DNA of 64,000 nucleotides from Podarcis vaucheri (taxonomy: Eukaryota), in NCBI GenBank assembly GCA_965113315.1, contig OZ220365.1. One strand, written 5' to 3'. Position numbers and translations under genes: made by a program. The notes under the pieces were generated by a model that ran no database searches, was not told the origin of the DNA, and saw only the letters and a program-made list of their open reading frames with translations. Shown piece after piece: positions 1 through 11,800 of this stretch (positions are counted from its first letter, which is position 1; every line of letters begins with the position of its first letter).

Positions 1-623
1 GAGTAGGCTGCTGTAGAAAGGATACATCCTTGGAAAGAGGTTGAAATTGTTGATGCTCATGCCATATGGTGGTAACAAAAATTTGTGGTAGGGAAAGGCT
101 TGTGGGAGATGGCTTGAAGGTGCATACCCAGAATATGCCCCTAATCCTTCTGAGTTATAGAGTCCATTCAAGTAAGGATAAGGTTCTCTGTGCTCTTGAG
201 TCATAGAAGCTAGGGGTGAGACTGTAACTGGGCTGCTGTGAGGGCTTGAGCTTTTCAAACTTTGGTCTGGACTACTTCTTGCTGAGGGGCTTGGTGTGGT
301 AGAAGACTGGATAGGTGAGTGGGCAATGTAACTTGGCCTCTCAATCCTATAAGCCTTCAGGTAATCTTCAGGGATGGGCGGTCGGATTGGGTAGACAATA
401 CGAGGATAGAAAGGCTTTTCAGGACTACAATTTTTTCTCAAGCCCTCCAAGTCTTTTTCTTGAGTATGTGGATAAATGTGGCTATAAAATAATTCCTTTC
501 CTTTGGGATTACTGGAATCAGTTTTCAGGATTTCCTTCACACTGTGCTCTCTTCTGGGAACAGTTTTTAGGTAAAGTTCATCTTTGTCATTAGCTGGCTG
601 CTTTGGATTAACATGGCTTTGTG
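1..623 (-). CDS. PRDM1: PRDM1/Blimp-1 exon 5, 5' part (Pro/Ser-rich region); continues beyond the window
   Basis: Acceptor ...tatttcag| ends at 624. Phase-1 join A|CA gives TQSHVNPKQPANDKDELYLKTVPRREHSVKEILKTD...PFYPRIVYPIRPPIPEDYLKAY...STTPSPSARSSPDQSLKSSSPHSSP...KFLLPPYGMSINNFNLFPRMYPFYSSLL, open to position 1 and recognisably Blimp-1. Confidence 0.96.
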
Positions 624-1621
624 CTGAAATATAAAAACAAGGCAATGAATTTTTAAGGCCAATAAAGACAATTTACAGACATTGGTCATTAGCCTCTGCC
701 TTAAAACACACATATAAATAGTCATTCCTAGGTATTTGCATTGGTGGAAGGACTAGCACAGCATTATACTCAACAGAAATAAACTCAGTAGCTACTTATT
801 AAATCCTGGGTGATTATCATGATCCAGTCAGTTCATTTCTGCTACATTTGTTCTAGTCTCACCTTTCTTGTATATTATTGGATTAAACTGATTACAGAAA
901 ACATAGTAGCACCTGATGCATACTTTGTAGATAACAAGGCAGCTTACTATATACCTTTCCAAGGCAAAAGGATTTGGCTGTTCCAGCTCCTTCGACTGCT
1001 TCTAACGAAAACAAACAAGTTTCAACACTCGTCACTTTAAAAGGTGACTGAGTGCCTTGTAATCATGCATGAATAACAGAACTATGGATGAGACACACAA
1101 GAGGTGCTACTAAAAGCAAAAAAAGACTATTGTAGCTCCTTAAAGACTTTGTTGATTTAGCTAATAATTTTGTAAATTTATTGTGGCATGAACTTCTGTG
1201 GACTCATACCCACTTCCTCTGATGCAGGAAATGAAATCTTACTAGGCAGGTATACATAAAAGAGAAAATTGTAAGGTGGGAACTGAATGGTAATAAGATG
1301 CAAAAATTACAATTAGTGATAATCAGAGCTTAAACAAATATTAAGTAGGCACACCTTTTACAGTAGCAGATTGGTGATAATTGCTTCAACATTGCTAACT
1401 GCATTAAAACTTGTAGTGAGCCAAAATACCATTCTCAAGAAACAGTCATGATTAAGTTACCAATGACAAATATACTGTCACTGGTAAACTAATTAACACA
1501 TGTAGTGTGATATATAACCCCAAAAGTGATAGCATTGAACTTCATGATTCATTTGTTACTGTGAGTCTTACTCTTGTCCAAAATCTAACATTTTGAATTA
1601 GGCTTCATACCTAGTAATCCA

Positions 1622-1746
1622 CACAACAACCCTGTGGGTCAGTAAGTGACTGGCCCAAGTTCACCCAATGAACTTCAAGACTGTGTGGGGATTTGGTCTC
1701 CCCTGATCTCTCATGCCCTAGTCTAATACTCTAACCACTACACAAC
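1622..1746 (-). mobile_element. Degraded MIR-like tRNA-derived SINE
   Basis: acaacaaccctgtg...gtgactggcccaag...ctctaaccactacac, the typical antisense reading of an old reptile SINE. Confidence 0.55.
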
Positions 1747-2042
1747 CCTTGGTATAGAGTTTGCTAGTTCCACATTTTCCTAGAGGCATTTGGGGGGGGG
1801 GAGTTATCTTCCTATTTTTTATTATTTTTTTGCTTTTAATCAGCTAGCTCTTCATTAAGCCAGCAACTTAGAAAAAAAATTCAGAGGAACAGATGAAAAG
1901 TGATGTGTGTATGCGCACATGCATAGCAGAATAATGGAGTGATAGATGTGGAGCTATTAGACAGACAGTCTGCCATGCTCCTATCAGCCTTCTAGCAAAG
2001 TCTTGTCAGAAAGGCAAGAAGTTAAAATTGTCATTTGTGGTG

Positions 2043-2044
<2 letters not shown>

Positions 2045-2080
<36 letters not shown>
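2045..2080. repeat. (AC)18 microsatellite
   Basis: Seen directly in PRDM1 intron 4. Confidence 0.97.
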
Positions 2081-2081
<1 letters not shown>

Positions 2082-3139
2082 AAGGTAAATATCAGAGAGA
2101 AACACAACACTCCTAGATAAGTTACAGGAACCAGAGCACGTTTCTGCTGGTTCACATACTGGTCCAGTATGTTCACGCTACATGCAGTGAAGTACTGAAG
2201 TGAGTCTTTTGTGGTCCCTTCACAATATGCTTTATGTTCAGTGTCATTTGTGCAAAAATCCCTATTAAGCCTATATCCTCGCCTACAAAAAGCACCTGCT
2301 TCCCCCACTTCACATTCATAAACTAAATTTAAGCCATGGTTTCTACGAGTTTTCACTCTATGCCCAAAAAATGCTGTTCCTTGTCTTAATACATACAGAT
2401 CAACTGTAAGGTTAGCATATCTTCATCACAAGTTACACCCAATCTGAGGAGCATTTTTACCAGTATAGCCACTTAGTGCTCAGTGAAACAACATAAATGG
2501 CAAATGTACAGTGAATCATTTTCTGCCCAGATCTAGTTTAAAGAACCTTTCTTTTGTGGCCCTCCTAATAGTTGCCTGAGAGATTTAATTCTAATTCTTT
2601 CCCCTGAGACCTTGAAAAATAGCTGTGGGCGTGCAGAGTAATTTCTTGAGTAAATGCTGCTGAACATTTTGAGTAGAGGATTTTAATAATGCTGATTCAC
2701 ATTTTTGTTCTAAATAAGGCATCTGTTTTGTGAGATGAATGAGAACCTAGAAGTTCTGAGGTACAAGAATTTCCAGACAAGCTAAGAATGGAGATGATGT
2801 TTATCGTTACATCATTCATGACCCATTTAGAAACAAATTACATTCACAACAAATTCTGCTGAAGTGTTTGGCCATGATCTAGAACCACCATGAGTGTGCT
2901 GGGTGACCTACTCTAGTTACCAGGAGGGTGTCATCCCTGTGGTCATGATCCAGGTAGAGGCCCCCAATTTGCAGCCTTCAATTTGCAGCGGGGTGAAAGC
3001 TACTATCTTCTCGTGTCAAGGCCCTAAATTATAGCAAACTTCATGGTAAATTTTGTGTGTAAGTATAATGCATATTTTAGACACACACCCCATTGGCAAA
3101 AGACATTATTTGCATGCAAGTCTGCTGTAATCTACTTAC

Positions 3140-3389
3140 TTATATTCATCACCAGGTCTCCAGTGGAAGGATAGTGTAACCTTTCCGCAAAGTCCCGGCA
3201 ATACCACACAAGCAATTCCTGGCCAGGTGGTATGGGTTTGATAGTATAAAAGTAGACATCCATTCCATTCTGACAAGCAGCCAGGTTCTGCTCCTGAACA
3301 GAATGTGCTGGGTTTACATAACGCATCCAATTACTCTTTTCCTCATTAAATCCATCAATGAAGTGGAGAAGTTCACCACCAGAATATAT
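3140..3389 (-). CDS. PRDM1: PRDM1 exon 4 (C-terminal half of the PR/SET domain)
   Basis: ctgcag|ATA acceptor and A|gtaagt donor; 250 nt; encodes [74 protein letters not shown]..., including the PR-domain motifs NWMRYVNPA and ELLVWY. Confidence 0.98.
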
Positions 3390-6197
3390 CTGCAGAGAAT
3401 GGAAGATAGAAATGTAAGGTATAAATGGAAAAGAACCCTTTTTTTAAAAAAAAGGCAACGAAATATACTAGTGGATGGTAAGTACCCTTTAGAGACTGTA
3501 GGAGATGATCCAAATGGAATATGCTTTGTAACTTTTTTCTGATGCCATGTGTATTTTGATGCTTAGCATTCAAATGAAAGCATACTACTTAAAAGTTCAG
3601 TATTCAGTGCCTCTGCTTTAAGACTCTTGGACTGCTGGTCAACAAGTGGGTGGTATTATTGAATTAAGGTCTGACTGTGTGCTTGCAATAATGTGGTGAG
3701 TCACTTTTGTAAAGACTGATTAGCATGGTTATGTCACAACCAATTCCTTGCCCTTGTCTTCCCGCCCCCCCCATGGCCTCTTTACTTGCTGTTTCCTACC
3801 ACCACCACCCAAAGCTTTAAGCTACGCAAATATCAACCACCCCAAAGTCCTAAAATGACACTTGAGCATACTTGGAATGTAGCCCTTTTGTTAAAGGACT
3901 GGTGGGGTAAAGTGAACTGTATTTTGTATAACTAACTGGAGATCTGGAAGGGGGCCAGATTGTGACAGTAAGAGAAATACTTTTCTCTCTCAGCTAGTAT
4001 GTTTGAGAAAATATAACTCTACAGCATGTGACGGAAGAACAAATAATGTACTGATTCAATATATCCTTGTTTTCCAGTGTGCATCTGAGAATATGAAAGT
4101 GAATATAGAAAACTCCTGACAAAGCTGTACCTGTAGACTGTAGTGTAGCCTTGCTTTCAGTTTACCACTGAAACTATGGCACAGTTAACTATAGTTAACT
4201 GGTAACTATAAGGTTGTGAGGTTTCTTAAAAAAAAGTTTCACAAGTCATCATGTTCAAATAGGAAATATTTGTTTTTTCCCTCTTTCCTGCCTTGTTCCA
4301 AAGGGCTCTGGGCCAGTGACAATATGCATCCCTGTTTCGTTTTACTTAAAAATAAAATCCCCATGAAGTTAGTGCCATAGATTAGTGTAATGGCTGGGAT
4401 AGAATTTCAGTTTGGCTTTCCCATGTCCGAATGCAATGTTGCACCATTTCCCTGTGCTTTTTGACATGCACGTTCAATTTCTTCTGAATGCTGTTTGATG
4501 TAAGAATCGACTGAGAAGTCATTAAAAAAAAAAGCAGCAACAAAAGCTGGCCTTTTAACACAGGCAGTAAACACCAGAATCACTTTCTTACTTCCTGTCA
4601 TTTGAGGCTGAGGAAATACATGTGGCTTCATCAAAGAAGCTTGAGAGATTTTGCGGTGTTTTTGTTATGAGAAAGATGGAACAAAGCCTGAAGAATTATG
4701 CACTCAAGAGGAGTTTGTTAGCTCCGATTTGCAAGCTTCCAGGAACTGAGTTCCATTGATGTACACTTCTATTACAGATAGAAACTACTTTCCGAAGTTA
4801 GACCAAGTGACTTCCAGTCATCTTTCCAGAGCTAGTAGAATTTACTGTATTGCTTTCTTCAAAACACACACATCTCACTGCTGTAAGATCAAATCGCCTC
4901 ATAAAACTTTATTTTGCCACCTCACCAGATTTCCGTGTATCGTGTGGAAGATTAAAAATGTGCTGAGTCATACTGTAGCAATTACAAGAAATGACATCAC
5001 CCTGGAGTTTGCACAGCATATTCATGCCTTCTCTTTTTAGTGGGTATATTTTGAATGGAACATTTATGCTTACATACAACAGATGTTCCTGTTCCTGCCA
5101 GCCAAATCAGGATGTCTTTTATATGACATGTGGGAAATTATCTTCCACAATTTCCTTTGCATGTGCAAGGCTGTTTTCAGGCCCTTAGGAAAGAACCTTT
5201 TCTACTTGGAGAGTGTGTGAAGCAAAAGAATAAACAAAAGTAAATACCAAGACTTTTCAGAAGGCACATAACACAAGCATGATGTTAGCTTCCTCAATGA
5301 AAGTCTGGAATAACATCCTGTTGCATAGTCAGAATCCTCTTGTAAGATTTGTTTAATTACTTAAATGTGCTAATGACTAGTCTGAAAGCATGCATGCTTC
5401 TAGGGTGAGGCCAAGATATTTTCCTGCCTGAGATGAAGGAAAAAATGGCACCCTACTCCATTCCATGTACTGATGCATGGCATACAAAAGTCTACCCTTC
5501 AACACCTCACCACTGCTCTCTGCCCCTTAGCAATTGCTGCCTTACTCTGTCTAATGGTAGGGCCAGCCCTGAACCTTTCTTTAGTTCTCCCGATGTGAGT
5601 ACTGAAAAGACTTGATGACAGATGCCAACTGGCATCTCGCAGAGCAGGAGATTCCTTAAAGTGTGTTTTATTGAAAAAATACTAATGGTTAAGGAGAACA
5701 GAGAATCAAGTCACACTTGTTTCTATTGAATCATTAAGATGTAACAAAGGAAAACATGGAAACAATGTTTAAACGGCCACCTTTCAGAATGACATGTGAT
5801 GTTGGAATGATCTGATACGTGGCAAACACTCAGATGCAGCAGGACAGTTTCCTGCTACCGCCACACAAAGGTTTAAGCTATGCAACTATCCCCCACCCTG
5901 AATCCTAAATTAAAACTTATTTGTACTTGGAATGCAGCCCTTTTGTTGAAGGATTGGGTTGGGTAAAGTGGATTGCAGTTGGTATACTTTAGTAAGCCTC
6001 TAGCATGGAAGAAACCTGACAGCTTTGACATTAGACACTCGTGTCTTCGGAAATTTTCTTCCTGCAGCCTTTAAAAAAAAGAATGATGTGTGTTGTTGTT
6101 GTTGTTTTTAAGCTAAATTCTTTTTATAATATTTATTGCGCTAAGAAGTGACATCTTGCCTAAGGCATTACAGAGGCACATATCTGTTATTTTAGCC

Positions 6198-6305
6198 CAG
6201 GGATGGGGAATGTCTGGCTTTCTGGATGTGTTTCCATTCTAACTCCCATCAGTCCTGGCATGGCCAGTGGTCATGGATGGTGGGAGTTGTAGTCCAACAA
6301 CTTCT
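6198..6305. mobile_element. Short palindromic non-autonomous element (actcccatc...gatggtgggagttgtagtcc family)
   Basis: Internal inverted repeat; related copies near 6372-6445, 11890-11990, 28741-29060 and 33732-33862. Confidence 0.55.
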
Positions 6306-7044
6306 GAATTTTTAACCTTACAACAATCCTGTGAGGTAAGTTAGATGAAGACAGGTGTAGCCTACATTATGTCTCCAGATATTGTTGGACTACAGCTCCC
6401 ATCATTGGTCATGCTGGCTGCAGCTCTTGGAAGATGGGAGTCCACCCTGGATTAAGAGACAGGGCCTTGCTCAAAACTCTCTGGTCAGTGAGTGTCCAAG
6501 CCCAGTACTCCAGCCAGGAGGTGCTATTTCCCTTTATCCACAACTATTAAATAAGGGCATCTTGAGACAACAGGCTTGGCAGCATTTTAGGAAGTGGCCC
6601 GACTAACTTGTGCAATGGAAAACAAATAGCTTATTACAATAGTTCAGTACTTCAAAAAGTAATTCATCACAGAGTACAAGATTGAGAAATATTACTAATT
6701 AGTCTGAGAAGCATCCTAGGGTAAGGTTCATAGTGAAATTAAGGGTTAGATGATTTAAAAAAAAACTGCCACTGTATAGGATTGTGAATCAGCAGGCTTT
6801 AAAAAAATCTGATCTAACAATGATGTATTGTAGGACAAATAAAAAAGATGCTTTCTATCATTCTCAGTTCACTCAGTTGTATTTCACTCAGTGTATGTTC
6901 ACTCAGTTCACCTGTATTTCTGTTAACATACTGCCACCTCAACCATCACAACCTAAGCAGGTGTCAACACTGAAGTGTGGTTTCTTTTCAGTGGTGCTTA
7001 TTTAACGAACTATTTACGCATAACCATTAGTTTTTCCTACTTAC

Positions 7045-7164
7045 CCGCCAAAAGTATTTTCTGTTTGCATCCTTAGGAACTGTGCCATTGGTATAGATTT
7101 CACCAACCAGGGGTCCAAAGCGTGTTCCTTTAGGGATAATGTCTTTGCTTATAACTCCAATAAC
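7045..7164 (-). CDS. PRDM1: PRDM1 exon 3 (PR domain)
   Basis: tttcag|GTT acceptor and CGG|gtaagt donor; 120 nt, phase 0-0; [40 protein letters not shown]. Absent from the ORF track. Confidence 0.98.
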
Positions 7165-7889
7165 CTGAAAGGAAAAGAGCACATGTCAAACCATTTAAAT
7201 AAGTTTATGCGTTCACACAGGAAAAACAGTTTGATACAAAAGTTATTACATTGTTATTACAGGGAAGCAGTCAATGTAAAGGCAAGGGATCCCCCACCCT
7301 CCTTTGTCTCTAGAGTGGCATTTATCTCAGCACTTGGTGATGTTGCAAAACTATAATCTTTTGGAAATAACACATACCAAAAAGCATTGCAAAGCTGAGT
7401 AGAATTTGTTTATCTGTTTCTGTGATCACCTGACAGTATGACTGGCTCACTCTCAAAGATCTTATAGGTGAACGAACTATAAAAGTGGCCTTAGGAGATT
7501 AGAGAGAGAGAAAGCTGAGAAACACTAGTGACCAATGGTCTAACTGCCTGATTTTTGCATGGAAGAAATGAACTCAGAACTTGAATGTGACATTGAGATG
7601 CAATTATCACATGCTATAATACCCATTAAAAAGTGAAATTTCTGTGGAGAAATAGAGACCAGTAAAGCCTGCAGACATGACATTTGAAATCTACCTTGCT
7701 AGTTACATATTTATGTTTATAATCCTGGAATTCTGATGACACCCAGCCCTGTTTCTCTGTTAATTTAAGTCAGGTGTCACAGTGCAGGTCCTGAACCAGT
7801 TCTTGGATGCGTTGGTGGGCGGGATGAGGGCCAATAAAAGCTGGAGTGGAATCCTAACAAGATGGAGGCTCTGCAGGTGAGTGGTTCAT

Positions 7890-8824
7890 GGATTCAGGAT
7901 CTGGGCCTGGCTAGAGTTGCACATCCCTGAAGCAGATGTTTTATAGCTTGGGGTGCTGCTTGATCTTTGTCACTGGAGGCTCAGGTGACTGGTCCAGAGT
8001 GCTGGTTACCACTTTTGGCTCGTGTACCAGCTATGCTTTTTCCTGGACAGAGTCACCCATGCACTAATAGTAGCCTCTGGATTGAATTATTGCAATGTGC
8101 TCTATATGAAACTGCCCTTACAGTTGGTATGGGATCAGCAGCTAGTGCAAAATGTGGCAGCTAGGATACTTAGTGCAATGTGTGCCCCCAAGGCACACAT
8201 TGCATCTGTGCTAAAAGGCACTGGCTGCCAATTCACTACTGAATCAAATGTAAGGTTTTGTCACTGACTTGTACGGCCCTGAAATGTTCAGGACCAGGAT
8301 CTCTGACAGAGTGCCTCCTTCCTTTCAGTCTGTTCACAGAGATCGTAGGAGGATGCCCTTCCAATTTCACTGTGCCCATTGGAAATGCATCTGGTGGTGA
8401 CCTGAGAACAGTGGCGTATCGTGGGTTGTCAGCACCCGGGGCAAGGCAAGTAATTTGCGCCCCATAACCCGTGGATTTGCGCCCCCTAACCCTAACCCCC
8501 AGATGTTGCGCCCGGTGCGGCCGGACCCCCTGCACCCCCCACACTACACCACTGCCTGAGAAAGCGTTTCTCTGTAGTGCCCCCCATGCTGTGGAATAAC
8601 CTCTCCTTAGAGATATGGTGGGCATCTGCAATGGTGGTATTCTACCAGTTCCTGAAGATGTATCTATTTGTGAGGTCGTTTCAGAGAAGCGATTTCTTAT
8701 AACAGCTCTATTAGAATATCAGTAGTATTTCTGTTTTAATGTCTGTCTGTTTTGTTGCTTTTATCTTGTAAACTCCTTGTTGTTTTACAGTGAAAGGCAG
8801 TATATAAATGTTGAAATAAATAAA
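7890..8824 (+). mobile_element. Degraded L2-clade LINE 3' fragment, interrupted by a MITE
   Basis: Translates to HALIVASGLNYCNVLYMKLPL...QLVQNVAARIL, matching the LDYCN..L.GLP..LQ.VQNAAAR motif of L2-type ORF2 C-termini; ends in an (AAAT)n-like tail. The 5' boundary is approximate. Confidence 0.7.
8409..8554. mobile_element. hAT-type MITE nested in the L2 fragment
   Basis: TIRs CAGTGGCGTA / TACACCACTG; perfect 8-bp TSD CCTGAGAA (8401-8408, 8555-8562). Confidence 0.85.
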
Positions 8825-11800
8825 TGTGCTCTACCCAGTGAGCATAAATAAATCTTACACCAAATGTGTCTTAAATCTAAATAGTATAGTCACTGATCAC
8901 CTTTGTATGTAGATCTTTAACTTTCTTGATGTGGATATGATCAAGGAAAAACAGAGTCACTATGGGAAGTGTAAAATATACTAGCACTTCAGCTTCCTCC
9001 TTACCAGTAATTAAACCATGCACCCCAAAACAGGAATAAGGTCATTCTTTATCAGAAAGGCATGCCTGTCAGTATCTCCTTTACAATACAGTGCTTAAGT
9101 AAAGGAGCTTTCCTCTCATTCTTTTCACCTCCACTAAGCCTGCTAAATTTTAATTTGCTCTCTATATTGTATATACCTACAGAGTCAGTAAACTAGGAAA
9201 CATGAATAAGGACTTCAAAATACTGGTGTCTGCAGCTTGAATGGAAAGTGGGGGATGAATATAAGACATTTGTTCCACAGACTTAGTAAACATTCATGTT
9301 AAAGCTAATGAGTCATGTTCTTCTCACATTACTAACCAGTTTCATTATGTCTGCCAAAATAATGAAAGGACAAAATTGCATTATGGATCCACTGTACTTA
9401 ACTTGAAAATAGGCATATTAACTACAACGTAACATCCCAGTATGGCCTCTCCCTTTACTCAAGTCTACTGTAATAGAAGTACTGTACTTAAATTACAGTG
9501 GGCAATTATTAGTGAATGTAATATATTCAATATTTTGCAAAATTAACTAGCTTTTGAGCCACAGTAACTATCTACTGTTTTTATACTGGAAGACCAGAGG
9601 CAACTCTCTTGCTTTATTTTATTTTTATTTATGGAAAGGATTATTGCTTCATGGGCAGGCAGCAAAGGTTTAACTTTCTGCATCCTTCCCATGCCTATCC
9701 TCCACTTGGTCTTTGAAGAACTTATTCAGAAACGAACACATCTCTTAAGTATTCAGATATGTTATACTAAACGTTTTCAGATAAAGGACATCTAGCTGCT
9801 TGAGTCTATAATTAGCATTATTCAACTGATCATACTGTTGCCTGCCTGCCTGCTTTGCCAATTCTTTGTGCTGACACACACACCCCACTAAATACTTCAC
9901 AGTCTACCAGTTAAACTCTTGAGGTCCTGTCTCTACTACAGAAACATAATTTTACTGGTATGGCTTCTCAAAGAATTATGGGAATTGTAGTTGCACAATG
10001 CCTGAGACTTCTCTGATAGAAGTCCCTGCCCTTCCTGCAAAACTATAATTGCTAGCATTCTCTGTTAAAGCAGTTTATGTCGGCAGAGTAGAAATACCCT
10101 TAACAGAACAGAACAAGAACAAACATTGAAATGTAGGATTCTGCCTGCCATGACTCTGACTGGAGAGTTTGTAGCTATTGTTTCATGTATGTTTTCAAAG
10201 TCTGGTTGTTTTTTTTTAAGTCAAACCAGTTGTGCATCTGCACTGAAAACAGAATGAACAGGGACTTTCAAAAACAAGTAGAAACATGCCTAATGACTGT
10301 GTTTATTTTTGTCATTCCCGTGCATTTTTCATAGAGAGGTGAAAAAGGCAGGTGTTCTTCTTGCTTTCCCCATCTTTCTTGATTTACATTCTGTTAAACT
10401 TTCAAGAAAAGTTCACAGCCAGCATATGACGTCTACTTGCAGTTTGAACGTAAGATAGGTCTTTGCTCTTAATGCAGTTAATACACACACACACACATAC
10501 ACTCTGATATCTTTTAAGTTTAATTCAAAGCATACTGAGGTTTTCAGAACGTCTAGGAATCAGTATTACTTGGAACTTGTCAAATAGAAACAGTTTGGGG
10601 ATTTTTGTACAGTCATACAAAGCATGCATGCCCTAACAGTATTTTATACTTTGCACTATGCCCTTTGGAAACATGACTGTGTGATATCCTATTCCCATAG
10701 TGTGTGCATATGGAGGAGGGAATTGGCAGCAAATAGGTGAGTTAAGCCAATTGGTGGCAAGGGAAATGAGGACAGAGTAGAATGTTTGCATCTTGCTCAG
10801 AACCCTTGCCAATTTGGACCATACTGCCTGGAGGGTGCAAACTCTAAACAGAAACAAAATATACAACCTTCCCAGATTTTTTTCCTTTTAAAAAATCCCA
10901 TCCTATAAAAACTTCTCAGGTGGTAGATTATTGCTTGAAGAAGAAAAGGGAGAATGAGAGAGAGAGAGAAAGCTGTGTCACTTTTTGCAATTCACTTCAA
11001 GGGCAGTAACCAACAGGTGCCCTTTACAGTTGCATGGCATTCCAGAAGGCAAGGCAATACCATCAGATGTGCTTTCTGAGAGGGAAGAGCAATACAAAGG
11101 TATCCAGGGCTGGGAAAGTGTGCATCAGAAAGATGCATGAAAAACGTCTTGTCTGCAAAGGCCTATTTTACTAGCTTCTGTGATACCTTGTTACTTCAAT
11201 ATTTACTGTCAACAGCACGTACCTCTTTCACAATATGCAGAATATTGTCATAGGTCATTAACCAGTAATTAAGCAGATGTTTTAACAAATACATTTTAGA
11301 ACAGCTTTATCTAAATTGTGGTTTCTAGGGATTTAACAACAGGGAAAAGCTTATAGTACTAAAACAGGAGATTCTGAATGTTACAGTACTTCTGTATACA
11401 CCCAAGATTCTGCCCAAACTGGGGGAAAGACTTTGGCTGGGGTTCACAAGAAAGTTCATATCACGATGAATTGGCCTATTTCATGACCATATTATTGTTA
11501 TTAGTCATCACAGAGGCCTTAGCTTGTACACAAACACCAGAAAAATACTCCCATTACAAACCAAAAGACAGAAATGGAAGTTAATTAGGCCTTATTGGCT
11601 ACTCCAGGCATAAACTGACATTTCACACTTGTCCACAAGGTGTCATTAGGCACACCTGTTTTATAAATGACACTGTACAAACTTAGAACATCAAATATAT
11701 GACAGACCCTGTAAAAACTATATAGGTGCTCTTATGAATGTTAAAAACCCCTCTTTAGCATTTGTTTTCTTCCAGATTCTCATGTCAATCATAATGGCAT

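Noticed and set aside
3390-4100. Equivalent of the human PRDM1-beta first exon upstream of exon 4
   Set aside because: An AP-1 site (3697-3703) and a GC-box-like run are present, but I found no minus-strand ATG plus splice donor that would support an exon.
8482-8500. Telomere-like (CCCTAA)2
   Set aside because: Only two units and internal to a MITE; not an interstitial telomeric array.
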